64,000 nt of DNA. Source: Planctomycetota bacterium. Its GTDB lineage: Bacteria; Planctomycetota; B15-G4. The stretch lies in assembly GCA_965248575.1 (NCBI GenBank), contig CBDFJQ010000002.1, forward strand, positions 4,640,001 to 4,704,000. The letters are read 5' to 3'. Within the stretch, counting starts at the first letter, position 1, and each line of letters opens with the position of its first letter. The notes beneath the pieces are model-generated. The model had not been told where the DNA came from. It did no database searches and saw nothing but the letters and a program-made list of their open reading frames with translations. Both the position numbers and the translations under genes were made by a program. Of the stretch, positions 38,762-48,480 are shown in pieces.

Positions 38762-40237
38762 GTGCCTCGTCCGTACCTGACCATCGTGCTGCCCGTGAAG
38801 GATGGGGAAGCCCGCCTCGCGCAGATGCTGCACGACGTGGACGAGGTGGTCCAGCGGCTGGGCAAGCCGTGCGAAGTGATCGCCGTCGACGACGGGAGCG
38901 TGGACGGGACCCGCCGCGTCCTCGACGAGTTCGCGAGCGGCCACCCCTATCTGCAGGTCCTCGCCCATGAGCAGAACCGCGGCAAAGGGGAGGCCCTGAA
39001 GACGGGGGCGGCGGCCTCCAGCGGAGAGCGCGTGCTCACGGTGGACGCCGACGCGACCTATCAGCTCGATTCGGTCGAGGACTTCCTCGACGCCCTCGAC
39101 CAGGGGCACGGCGCGGCCATCGGCAACCGGCGCGACTCACGGACCCAGTTCGTGCTGAACACGCGCGACTTCGCATATGTCGGCCGGCGGCACGCCATGG
39201 GTTGGGTGTTCGGCTGCCTGTCACGCCTGTTCGCGCGGGTGAAGGTGGACGACTACCAGGCGGGGTACAAGGCCTACGACGGCGACGTCGCCCGCTCCCT
39301 GTTCCCGGAGGTGGACGCCGAGCGCTTCGCCTTCGACATCGAGATCCTGGCCTTGCTGCACCACTATGGGCATCGAATCGCAGAGCTGCCGGTGACCTAT
39401 GTGTATCGGCATCAGCCCAGCACCGTGAAGCTGTTCCGCGACGGCTTCCGCATGCTGCGCCGCCTGTGGCAGGTGCGCCGCAAGGTCAAGAAGCTGGTGC
39501 GCTCAGGCAAGTTCGCGGACCACACCCGGGGCGACTATCAGTATCTGGCACGCAAGGAAGGGCACCCGGTGCAGCGCTTCTGGCACGCCAAGAAGTGGCC
39601 CATGGTGGAAGCCAAGCTGGAATTCAAGCCTTCGGACCGGGTGCTCGAGGTGGGGGCGGGCTCCTCCGAGATTCCTTTCAACACCAGCGACCGTGTGGCG
39701 TTGTCGTGCGCCACCGACTTCTCGCCCGCTCCCCTGGACTTCCTTGCGGAGCAACTCGAGCGTGAGAAGGGCCGGCGCGTTTGCTTCATCGGAGCCGACA
39801 TCCAGAAGCTGCCCTTCCGCTCCGGCAGCTTTGACAAGGTCATCGTGCTGGAGGTCATCGAGCATGTGCCAGCCGAGACCATTCCGTTCTACTTCTCGGA
39901 GCTGAGGCGTGTCCTCGTGCCGGGGGGGCAGCTCTTGGTCACGACGCCGAACTATCGCAGCACCTGGCCTCTGCTCGAGTGGATCGTGGACCACTTCGGT
40001 GGTGCCGCGGAGATGGGGGGCATCCAGCACATCGCCCGCTTCCACCCGCGCATGTTGCGGCGCGCCCTGCAGGACAATGGATTCCGCGTGATGTCTGCCG
40101 GGAGCGTCTATCACTTCTCGCCCTTCCTGGCGCCTGTCGCCCCCAAGATGGCAGAGAAGGTGTTCAATTGGGAACTGAACCGCGCCGGGAGCAACGGGCC
40201 CATCCTGTACTCCGTGGCAGAGGCCAGCTCCACATGA
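38762..40237 (+). CDS. GT2 (Dol-P-glucose-synthase-like) fused to a class I SAM methyltransferase
   Basis: VDDGSVD, NRGKG, VDAD, D.QAG.K, FAFDIE; then VLEVGAG, LPF..GSFD, EVIEH, RVLVPGG...TTPN. Confidence 0.92.
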   Translation: MPRPYLTIVLPVKDGEARLAQMLHDVDEVVQRLGKPCEVIAVDDGSVDGTRRVLDEFASGHPYLQVLAHEQNRGKGEALKTGAAASSGERVLTVDADATYQLDSVEDFLDALDQGHGAAIGNRRDSRTQFVLNTRDFAYVGRRHAMGWVFGCLSRLFARVKVDDYQAGYKAYDGDVARSLFPEVDAERFAFDIEILALLHHYGHRIAELPVTYVYRHQPSTVKLFRDGFRMLRRLWQVRRKVKKLVRSGKFADHTRGDYQYLARKEGHPVQRFWHAKKWPMVEAKLEFKPSDRVLEVGAGSSEIPFNTSDRVALSCATDFSPAPLDFLAEQLEREKGRRVCFIGADIQKLPFRSGSFDKVIVLEVIEHVPAETIPFYFSELRRVLVPGGQLLVTTPNYRSTWPLLEWIVDHFGGAAEMGGIQHIARFHPRMLRRALQDNGFRVMSAGSVYHFSPFLAPVAPKMAEKVFNWELNRAGSNGPILYSVAEASST

Positions 40238-40261
40238 GCTGGGCAAGTTGAACGAGGCGCG

Positions 40262-42046
40262 GTGACCGGCTCAGCCGAAGCAGCCCCCCGTGGCGCAGCC
40301 CCCGGGCGCGCGCTGGACGCTGCGGCGCTGTTGTTCTTCGTGCTGGCCGCGGTGCTCGTGACCTGGCCCCTCGCGGCCTCGCCCGGCGGCTCGGTCAGCC
40401 TGCGGGGCGACTACTTCATCAACCTCTGGAACTTCTGGTGGATGAAGACGTCGGTGCTCGAGGCCGGCAGCTCACCCTTCTTCACCGACGCGCTCTTCCA
40501 TCCGCTCGGGATCTCGCTCGCGCGCCACACCCTGTCTCCGTTGAACTCCCTGGCTGGCGCCCTCTTGAGCGGGCCCTTGGGGCCGCACGACGCCTTCAAG
40601 ACGCTGTTGCTGGTGCACGCGGCGCTGAGCGCTTGGACCTTCTATCTGCTGGCCCTGCGCTTGACGGGCAGCCGGGGGGGCGCGCTGTTCGCCGGCTGCA
40701 TGTGGGCCTTCAACCCCTATCACGCCTTCTACATGGCGCAGATGAACGTCTCGACGCTGGAGTTCCTCCCGCTCGCGGCCTGGTTCATGGTGGGGCTTTG
40801 GCGCAGCGGCCGTTGGCAGGACGGGCTGGGCGTCGTGCTCTCCGCCGGGCTGCTGGCGGCGACATCCTTCTACTACCTCGTCTACGCGGCTTTGCTCGGG
40901 GGCTTGCTGTTGATGGGCGGGCGCTCGATCGCGCCCGATGTGCCGTTCATGAAGGGGGCTCGCCGGCTGCTTCTGGCGGGTGCTGGGGCCGGTGTGCTCG
41001 TGGTCCTGGTCGCCTGGCCCATGGTCTCCGCCATGCTCGGTGCCGAGCCCGCGCTGGAGTCGACCACCGTCGCAAGCGACCTGGAGCGTCAGGCGCTGCG
41101 CTCGAACGACTTGCTTGGCTTCTCGTGGGTGGGGCCGCCGGAGCGTGTGATCGTCTCGTGGCCCACGATGTTCGGCTACACCGCCGTGGCGATGCTGCTG
41201 CTCGGCTACCAGGCCCTGCGGCGGCGAGCTGCCTGGCTGGTGGCGGCGCTGGTCTTCCTTCTGTTGGGCTTGGGGCCCGAGCTCCAGATCGGCGGCGAGA
41301 GCACCGGAATGCCCCTGCCCTATGAATGGCTCTCGGGGCTGCCGATCTTCTCGCTGCTGCGCAAGCCCGATCGCTTCTTCGTCCTGATCGAGTTCTTCGT
41401 CGCTTTGCTGTGTGCCGAGGCGTGGGTCTGCATCTCTGCACGTCTACAGCGGCTCGGGCTGCGCAGGGTGCTGGGCTGCGCAGCGATCCTCAGTCTGTGC
41501 GCGGAGCTCTCGATCGCTCCCGTCGCGACTCATGTGGTGCCTGTGTCGGCTCACCTTGCACAGCTGGCCTCCACGGGGGCGACTTCGCTCGTGGACCTGC
41601 GGCTCTACGGCGGGAGCCCCTTCGATGCCCGTGCCAACCACGCCCAGACGCTGCACGGTCTGGCCATCCCGTCCGGCTATGTGACCAACCTCGCGCTGAC
41701 CACTGAACATCGGGCGAATGCCGCGGCCTGGAAGCGAGCGGACGCCTCTCTCGACCGGGGCAACGCGTCCGCGATCGTCGCCCTGATGGACTCGCAGCAG
41801 GTCGACCTGGTGGCACTGCACCGGACCGAACCCGTGAAGCGCAGACCCGGTCCCGCAGACGGCCGCACGATCTGGGCACCCTTTGCCTTGGCGGACGCAG
41901 GTCTGGTGGACATGCGCCAGAGAGGGCACCTGGAAGAGCAACCGATCCCGCGCACGTTGTGGAACTCCCGGCGACGCGCGCTGCTGAACGCCCTGGGTGA
42001 GCCCCTCTTCGAAGACGAGCTCATCGCCGTGTTCAGGCGGGACTGA
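40262..42046 (+). CDS. Polytopic GT-C-like membrane protein
   Basis: TWP...D...NLWNFWW...F....F.P.G.SL, AFNPYH, L..GP, LPY and R.P.RF motifs. Confidence 0.75.
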   Translation: MTGSAEAAPRGAAPGRALDAAALLFFVLAAVLVTWPLAASPGGSVSLRGDYFINLWNFWWMKTSVLEAGSSPFFTDALFHPLGISLARHTLSPLNSLAGALLSGPLGPHDAFKTLLLVHAALSAWTFYLLALRLTGSRGGALFAGCMWAFNPYHAFYMAQMNVSTLEFLPLAAWFMVGLWRSGRWQDGLGVVLSAGLLAATSFYYLVYAALLGGLLLMGGRSIAPDVPFMKGARRLLLAGAGAGVLVVLVAWPMVSAMLGAEPALESTTVASDLERQALRSNDLLGFSWVGPPERVIVSWPTMFGYTAVAMLLLGYQALRRRAAWLVAALVFLLLGLGPELQIGGESTGMPLPYEWLSGLPIFSLLRKPDRFFVLIEFFVALLCAEAWVCISARLQRLGLRRVLGCAAILSLCAELSIAPVATHVVPVSAHLAQLASTGATSLVDLRLYGGSPFDARANHAQTLHGLAIPSGYVTNLALTTEHRANAAAWKRADASLDRGNASAIVALMDSQQVDLVALHRTEPVKRRPGPADGRTIWAPFALADAGLVDMRQRGHLEEQPIPRTLWNSRRRALLNALGEPLFEDELIAVFRRD

Positions 42047-42058
42047 GACTCGCCCCGC

Positions 42059-44611
42059 TCAGCGTAGCGCGAGGCAGCTCTCGCAACGGCAATCCGGGTC
42101 GACGGGGCTCAGCCCGGACACTGATTCGGCGCCATCGGTGTAGCCCAGCGCAACGAGCCCGGCCAGGGTCGCCGCATCCAGCTCTGCGCGCGGTGCCGCT
42201 TCTGCCAAGGGGCTTGCCTGCTCCAGCCACCCCAAGAGCAAGGCCCGCAAACGACGAGCGACATCCTTGTGATCGCTCGCCACACTCGTCTGGCAGTTGG
42301 GGTCTGCGTTCAGATCATAGAGCTCGACGTGATGTCTGGGGATGGCAGGCGGGATGTTGGCCGGAAGGTGTTCGACCAGGTGCAACGCCAGGTACCACTG
42401 GTCCATGAACACGCTGGCCACCTCGCCACGCGGGGCGAGGGCGAAGCGCGGTTGGTTCCGGGCCGCCCGTGCTTGGAGCCCGCTCTGCTCGATGAGGCTG
42501 CGGCCGGGGAACGGGACATCGTCGAGCCCGCCCAGGTCGAGCAGCGTGCGGCCCAGGTCGAGGCTCGTCACGGGCTGCGGCGAACGCCCCGGCTCCACTC
42601 CCGGTGCGAGCAGGATCAGGGGCACGCGCAAGGTGGCGGGATACAGCTCGCCATGGGTGAACCAGGCGCGGTGTTCGAGCAGCGCCTCACCGTGATCGGA
42701 GGTGAACGCCAGCACCACATCGTCCCGGGGGAGTTGGCTCAGGGAGCGGCCGAGAACCTGGTCCAGGTGGCTCACCTCGCTCTTGTAGAGCGCCACGGGG
42801 TACTCCCGATCGCGCAGGCCACCCAGCGCATGGTAGATGCGATCCTTCGGGATCTCGGGCAGGGTGGGGTCGTAGGGGTCCTTGTCTGCGGGGTAATAGA
42901 GCCCATCGAACTCGGGGTGTGAGACATAGGGCGCGTGGACATCGAAGACGTGCAGCCACACGAACAGGTCGCGCTCCTTCGCCTCTGGCCACCAGCTGTC
43001 CAGGAGGGCAATGGTCTGCGCAGCCTCGCGATCTGGTTGCACCGGCGCCGACATGCGGTCGAAGCCCTGCCCCAATCCCGAGAGGTCGTTCGCGAGATGG
43101 CGCGTGCTCACCGCCGCCCAGGTGGCGAAGCCTGCGTCGCGGAAGATCTCGGCCATGGTCGTGGCTGTTTGCGAGACGGGCGTGACGTTGTCGAAGACCC
43201 CCGAGTTCCGGGAGCTCAGGCCGGTCAGCAACGAGATGTGGGCTGGGTTGGTGAGGTTGGAAGGCGAGGTGCAGTCTTCGAACAGGAGGCCTCGTGCCGC
43301 CAAGTCGTCGAGGAAGGGGGTCTGCACGCCCACGCCGTCGCGCGCCATGCCGATGTGATCCGCGCGGTGGGTGTCCGAGGTGATCAACATCACGGTACGC
43401 GGAGACGTCTTGCGTTGGACCAGCTGCGGTTCCACCAGGGCCAAGGCATGGCCGCGAGTGCTGCTCGATCCATCACCCCCAGGCTCCACGATGAAGCGGG
43501 CTGTGAGCATGCGCCCTGCCCATGGGCTCAGGTCGAGTCGAGCAAACCTCCAGCCTTCCCGTGCCCCTGCCTCGGGTAGCCCGGCCTGCGGAGCTTCGCC
43601 GTCGAAGATCGCATCGTGGAAGACGGTGCCATCCTCGTGCGCCAGGCTGAGGCGCAACTGGCTCTCGGCGAAAACCCAGTTCGGCTGGGCCCACATCAAC
43701 TCCAACCAGCGCCCCACTTGGGCCTCGATCACGGTCTCCAACGGCCGCTCGGGCACGAGCCCTACGGCGCGGCGGGACTCGGTGCCCACTCGCACGAGGT
43801 CGGGGCCTACGGACGGATCGGGTAGGCGCAGGGAGGCCGGTCGATGCCGCAGCTCGAGGCTGATGATCCCCAGGCCCTTGCCGGGGGCGACTCGTTGATC
43901 ACGGAACCAACGGCCGGGGATGCGCACGACCACCTGGTCAATGGGGGCAGGACTCCTCAAGCGTTCGAACCCGAACTCGAGCTCATGCACGACATTGATG
44001 CCCGACGCCGCGACCGGCTCCGTCAGGTACATGATCTCACCGTCGCGGTGCAGAGCCAGTTGGAATTTGGCCTGCCCGCGCACGACCACCTTCAAGACGG
44101 CTTCGCTGACTTCGGTGGGGTCGAAGCCGCTGTCGGGCAGGCGAACCCTGATCGTGTCCTCGGCCTGAACGCGCAAGACCCGGGCCTCGCGAGCTTCCGG
44201 CAGGTCGAGGGCTTCAACCTGCCAGCTGTCGGCGGAGACGACCCGGCCATCCAGCTCGTCTGCCGGAGGGATCAAGATCTGCCTCACGGTGCGCACGGTG
44301 TCGGCTTCCCACTCCGCAGGTGGGCTCACGGCCAGGCGCTGCACCGTCGGTTTCGGTGCAGGCTTCCTGGCCTCGGCGTCCGAATCGCCACAGCCGAGCA
44401 GGAGCAGTGCACCTATCACCAGCACGGCGGCCGGCTGCAGCCGGCAGTGCCGCCCTCCGGCCTGACCATCGGTTCTCGACGGAAAGCCACGGGCGAGCAT
44501 CGGGAAGAGCATCGGGAAGAGCATCGGCACGCCAAGCCTCGCAGGTTCCCGGCACCTGATCCACGACGAGCCCCGGGCAGGGTCGGGCGGATGCGGCGCA
44601 GCCTGCCTCAA
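42059..44611 (-). CDS. Sulfatase-like (alkaline phosphatase superfamily) lipoprotein with a Thr nucleophile
   Basis: ITSDTHRADH, TNPAHISLLTG, DVHAPY, TSDHGE, HG, VPLI and ELYDL..DP motifs; lipobox LLGC; the true start is probably downstream of 44611. Confidence 0.88.
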   Translation of the reverse strand: MRQAAPHPPDPARGSSWIRCREPARLGVPMLFPMLFPMLARGFPSRTDGQAGGRHCRLQPAAVLVIGALLLLGCGDSDAEARKPAPKPTVQRLAVSPPAEWEADTVRTVRQILIPPADELDGRVVSADSWQVEALDLPEAREARVLRVQAEDTIRVRLPDSGFDPTEVSEAVLKVVVRGQAKFQLALHRDGEIMYLTEPVAASGINVVHELEFGFERLRSPAPIDQVVVRIPGRWFRDQRVAPGKGLGIISLELRHRPASLRLPDPSVGPDLVRVGTESRRAVGLVPERPLETVIEAQVGRWLELMWAQPNWVFAESQLRLSLAHEDGTVFHDAIFDGEAPQAGLPEAGAREGWRFARLDLSPWAGRMLTARFIVEPGGDGSSSTRGHALALVEPQLVQRKTSPRTVMLITSDTHRADHIGMARDGVGVQTPFLDDLAARGLLFEDCTSPSNLTNPAHISLLTGLSSRNSGVFDNVTPVSQTATTMAEIFRDAGFATWAAVSTRHLANDLSGLGQGFDRMSAPVQPDREAAQTIALLDSWWPEAKERDLFVWLHVFDVHAPYVSHPEFDGLYYPADKDPYDPTLPEIPKDRIYHALGGLRDREYPVALYKSEVSHLDQVLGRSLSQLPRDDVVLAFTSDHGEALLEHRAWFTHGELYPATLRVPLILLAPGVEPGRSPQPVTSLDLGRTLLDLGGLDDVPFPGRSLIEQSGLQARAARNQPRFALAPRGEVASVFMDQWYLALHLVEHLPANIPPAIPRHHVELYDLNADPNCQTSVASDHKDVARRLRALLLGWLEQASPLAEAAPRAELDAATLAGLVALGYTDGAESVSGLSPVDPDCRCESCLALR
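44495..44527. repeat. 12-bp tandem repeat, 2.75 copies
   Basis: GAGCATCGGGAA GAGCATCGGGAA GAGCATCGG (PMLF repeats on the minus strand). Confidence 0.85.
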
Positions 44612-45381
44612 CCAGTCTGCAATTGGCGGTACTGCTCAGGGGTCCCGCCGGTCAGCGCCCGGAATTCATTGCAGAGGTGCGCCTGGTCGGAGTAGCCGGT
44701 GTCCAGCGCGAGCCGGGCCCAGGTCGCAGTGGGCTCATGGGCGGCGCGCTCGAGGACGGCCTGGAGACGGGAGACTCGAGCCAGGACCTTGGGGCTGACG
44801 CCTGTGTATTCGAGGCACTTGCGGCGCAGGTGTTGGCGGCTGATGCCTGTGCTCGCACTGAGGTCCTGCACGTTCACGCGACCTTGGGTCTGACGCAGGA
44901 TAGCGATGGCAGTCATGACGGCGGAATCCGCTTTGCGTGCCTGCTGCAGCAGGCTGCGCAGGAAGTCGATCAGGCGGCGGATGCGGGCCCCTTCGGAAGG
45001 CAGCTCGGCGAGTTCTTCCGCGAGGCTCGATGGGAAGCCCAGCTCACCGAGACTGGTTGAGGCATCGGTCATCTCGTGCATCGGAAGGCTGAGCAGCGGC
45101 CATGCACCTCCGGGGCGAAAGCGGATCCCGATCAGCCGACCCAGGCCGGGCAGGACTGTCTTGGCGTGGGTCATGGCGCCGAGCAGTTCGCCCCGTCCCC
45201 GGTCCAGCCAGAACAGGAAGTCCATGCAACCGTCGGGGTAGACGCGTTGCCCTTCACCGCTCAGGGAGAGCGGGTCCGCTACCCAGAAGCACTCCACGTT
45301 GGCCGAGAGATCCTCCGGCGGGAGGTACTCGCGATACGGAGAGGGAGGGAGGGGCGCTGCTGGCGCCGGATTGGGCTGCAT
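44608..45381 (-). CDS. AraC-family transcriptional regulator (DUF6597-type N-domain)
   Basis: YREY.PP...VECFW, PDGC.D, GIRFRPG; HTH region S..HLRR...GVSPK...R and WA.LA...GYSDQAHL.NEFR. Confidence 0.92.
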   Translation of the reverse strand: MQPNPAPAAPLPPSPYREYLPPEDLSANVECFWVADPLSLSGEGQRVYPDGCMDFLFWLDRGRGELLGAMTHAKTVLPGLGRLIGIRFRPGGAWPLLSLPMHEMTDASTSLGELGFPSSLAEELAELPSEGARIRRLIDFLRSLLQQARKADSAVMTAIAILRQTQGRVNVQDLSASTGISRQHLRRKCLEYTGVSPKVLARVSRLQAVLERAAHEPTATWARLALDTGYSDQAHLCNEFRALTGGTPEQYRQLQTG

Positions 45382-45497
45382 GCAGCGGATCTTAACCCGG
45401 CTCAGGTGGGGCGTCGCGGCGGGCCTGCGCGGATTCGTCAGGCTCCGGTTCCAATCTTGCAAGAGTGTTCGGGGCTCGCCGGGCATGCTTTGTGCCC

Positions 45498-46010
45498 ATG
45501 AAGATCTCCAAGACGCTCGTACTGCACCTGGCCCTCTTTCCTGCGTTGCTCGCTTTGCTGCTCCCCGGCGCCTGCAGCCATCCCCACGTGGAAGCCCCCG
45601 TGACACTCATCCAGAAGCTCACTCCGGTCCTCTTGGTCGACTCCATCGAAGCCTGTCTGCCCTTCTGGGTCGAGCGGCTCGGTTATGCGGTGACCATGGA
45701 AGTGCCCGACGGTGAGCAGCTCGCGTTCGTCGGTCTGGCCTGCGGCTCCACCGAACTCATGCTGCAAACGAAGGGAGCGCTCGAGGCCGAGCTTCCGCAG
45801 CTGTATCCACCAGGCGAGCGCGCCACCACCTTCCTGTTCCTCGAGGTCGAGAGCCTGGAGGCGGTCACCAAGGCGGTCGAGGGCTACGAGATCGTGGTAC
45901 CTCAGCGAAAGACTTTCTACGGCTCTCTCGAACTCGGAGTGCGCGAGCCCGGTGGGAACCTCGTGGTGTTCGCGGAGTTCGAACAGACCGCCGAGAAAGA
46001 CGGTCCGTGA
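45498..46010 (+). CDS. VOC/glyoxalase-family protein with lipoprotein signal
   Basis: LTPVLLV.......FW..RLG, ELMLQ, TFYG..E..VREPGGN.V.FA; lipobox PGAC; divergent from the AraC gene. Confidence 0.85.
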   Translation: MKISKTLVLHLALFPALLALLLPGACSHPHVEAPVTLIQKLTPVLLVDSIEACLPFWVERLGYAVTMEVPDGEQLAFVGLACGSTELMLQTKGALEAELPQLYPPGERATTFLFLEVESLEAVTKAVEGYEIVVPQRKTFYGSLELGVREPGGNLVVFAEFEQTAEKDGP

Positions 46011-46153
46011 GGGCGGAACTCGCCGAACAGGGCTGACGAGACAGAGGGTCTGGCCCAATTCCTGCCCTGTGGCTGCTTTGCGACGGCATGGCTTCCAGCA
46101 CACGTTGGCCCGGAATCGAATACCCTCGGCGCACCACGGGAGATCGCTACGCC

Positions 46154-48247
46154 ATGGCCCACTGCTCGCTCGTTCGCAGCTTGTTCGCCCTGTCTGCATG
46201 CGCGTTGTTCCTCGCAGCTTCCGGCAGCGCCCGGGCCCAGACCTTCCCGTCGGACCAGGTGACGCTGCTGGAGTTCCTGCCGCTCAACGGCTTTCCCAGC
46301 AACCCCAGCTCGGCCAATGACTGCTGGGGCTACGTGTCCCCAAGCGGCCGGGAGTACGCCCTGCTGGGTGTGCGCGACGCCGTGGTCGTGGTCGAACTCA
46401 GCGACCCGAGCGGCCCCGTCATCGTGGCCAGCATCCCGCACCAGAGCAGCAACTGGTGCGACATCCGCACCTACGGCAGCTATGCGTACGCCGTGAACGA
46501 GACCGGCGGTGGCATCGACGTCATCGACCTGGGCCAGGTGGACGAGGGCGTTGTGACGCTCGTGCAGCAGGTGATCGATTTTGGCCTGGGCACCTGCCAC
46601 AACATCGCCGTCGACGAGGTCAGCGGCTACCTCTATCTGGCGTCGCCGAACATCAATCAAGGCCGCCTGGTGGCGATGAATCTGAGCGACCCCGCGGACC
46701 CCTTCCTCGAGAACGCGCTGCCGCCACCGCAGGGCGGTGTGTCGCACGATGTCCAGGTGGTCACCTACACCAGCGGCCCCTACACGGGCATGCAGATCGC
46801 CTTCAGTTCGTCGGGCACGGACGGCCTCGAGATCTTCGACGTCACCGACAAGGGTTCGATGTTCAAGATCTCGGATGGCACCTACCCCAACCAGACCTAC
46901 ACGCACCAGGGCTGGCTGAGCGAGGACCGCAAGTACTTCTACATCAACGACGAGCTGGACAGCGTCAACGAGACGGTGATCTTCGACGTGCAGGACATCT
47001 TCAACCCGCTGTTCGTGGGGACGTACACGGCGGGCGTCACCGCGACGGACCACAACGTCTTCGTGCACCAGGGCCGCATCTTCGAGGGCGAGTACCGTGC
47101 GGGCCTGCGCGTCTTCGATGCGAGCGACCCGTTGAACCCCGTGCAGGTCGGCTGGATCGACACCTTCCCCGGCGATGACAGCCCGGGCAGCGGCGGCGTG
47201 TGGGGCGTCTACCCCTTCCTTCCCAGCGGCAAGGTGATCCTCAGCGACAAGACGCGCGGCATGTTCGTGGTCTGGCCCGGGCCGGCGCCGCTGCAGTTCG
47301 ATATCGCTGCCGGAGCGGCACCGCAGCAGGTGTCGCCCAACGAGGAATCCTTCGAGGTGAGCATCACTGCGGACCCCGGCCATGTGCTCGACCCCAGCTC
47401 GCCGAGCCTGGTGTACGACCTCGGGGACGGCCCTGTGGAGGTCCCCATGCTGCCCATGGGCGGCGACTTCTACCGGGCCAGCTTCGGCGCGCTGCCCTGC
47501 GGTGCCCTGGTGCAGTACCACCTGCGCGCAGCCACGACGGCGGGCATCGCCATCCGATCTCCGGTGGGTGCGCCCCAGGACACCTACTTGGCGGTGGCAG
47601 CGGATCAGGCACTACGCGTGCTGGAGGACGACCTCGCGGTGGCGGACGGTTGGATCGCGGGCCTGCCTGGCGATACGGCCGTGGGGGGGCAGTGGCTGCT
47701 GGCCGACCCCATTGCCACCGACGCCCAGCCGGAGGTGGACCACACCCCGGACCCGGTGGACACCTGCTTCGTCACTGGGCAGGGGGCCATGTTCGGCAAC
47801 ATCGGGGACGCGGACGTCGACGGCGGGCAAACCACCCTCGTCAGCCCGGCCCTGGACCTCTCGGCCAGCGGGCAGGCGACGATTGGCTACTGGCGCTGGT
47901 ATCACAACAGCTTCTCGCAGAGCGACGCCGATGAGGGTAACGGCCCCAACCAGGATGTCCTGCGGGTGCAGATCAGCGACGACAATGGCGAGACATGGGT
48001 GCCGGTGGAGACCGTCGGCCCCGGCGGCTCGGAGTCTGGCGGCAATTGGTTCCTGCACTCCTTCGACGTGGGCTCCCTCGTGGAGCTCACAACCACGGTG
48101 CGTTTGCGATTCATCGTGAGCGACTTCGGGTCCCTGTCCATCGTCGAGGCGGCCATCGATGACCTGCTGGTGTTCAGCATCGACTGCGCCCCGCCCAAGG
48201 TGCGTACGAACGTGAAACAGGGTGGCGTGGCGCCGCCCTTGCAGTAA
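46154..48247 (+). CDS. Choice-of-anchor B family secreted protein (LVIVD propeller plus C-terminal jelly-roll)
   Basis: NDCWGY...GREYA, W.DI.T, CHNI, HD, YTHQGWL, DELD, DHN, Y.AGLR and G.WG.YPFLPSG motifs. Confidence 0.9.
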   Translation: MAHCSLVRSLFALSACALFLAASGSARAQTFPSDQVTLLEFLPLNGFPSNPSSANDCWGYVSPSGREYALLGVRDAVVVVELSDPSGPVIVASIPHQSSNWCDIRTYGSYAYAVNETGGGIDVIDLGQVDEGVVTLVQQVIDFGLGTCHNIAVDEVSGYLYLASPNINQGRLVAMNLSDPADPFLENALPPPQGGVSHDVQVVTYTSGPYTGMQIAFSSSGTDGLEIFDVTDKGSMFKISDGTYPNQTYTHQGWLSEDRKYFYINDELDSVNETVIFDVQDIFNPLFVGTYTAGVTATDHNVFVHQGRIFEGEYRAGLRVFDASDPLNPVQVGWIDTFPGDDSPGSGGVWGVYPFLPSGKVILSDKTRGMFVVWPGPAPLQFDIAAGAAPQQVSPNEESFEVSITADPGHVLDPSSPSLVYDLGDGPVEVPMLPMGGDFYRASFGALPCGALVQYHLRAATTAGIAIRSPVGAPQDTYLAVAADQALRVLEDDLAVADGWIAGLPGDTAVGGQWLLADPIATDAQPEVDHTPDPVDTCFVTGQGAMFGNIGDADVDGGQTTLVSPALDLSASGQATIGYWRWYHNSFSQSDADEGNGPNQDVLRVQISDDNGETWVPVETVGPGGSESGGNWFLHSFDVGSLVELTTTVRLRFIVSDFGSLSIVEAAIDDLLVFSIDCAPPKVRTNVKQGGVAPPLQ

Positions 48248-48442
48248 CGGGTCTCGTGACCTTGCATCCGTCGGGCACCCTCGCACGTCACGCCGTTCTG
48301 TCTTCGGGGCGGGCGCACCCGACCCCGCGTGATGCGTGAGGGGAAGGCTGGAATCACCAGCTGCTCGTGCTGGAAATGGTTGGTCGCCAAGCGCTCGCGG
48401 TGCGGCTTCGGTCGCGGCCCAAGCCGCCGCCGAGCAAGCTTC

Positions 48443-48472
48443 TTGACGAATCAACTGACCCCACCCTAGTCT
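48443..48472 (+). promoter_or_regulatory. Putative sigma70 promoter giving a near-leaderless EF-G2 mRNA
   Basis: TTGACG-18 nt-TAGTCT, then 8 nt to ATG 48481; no SD sequence. Confidence 0.6.
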
Positions 48473-48480
48473 GAGATACC

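Noticed and set aside
44495..44527. 12-bp tandem repeat as a phase-variation switch
   Set aside because: The unit is a multiple of 3 and there are under 3 copies, so slippage would not shift the frame.
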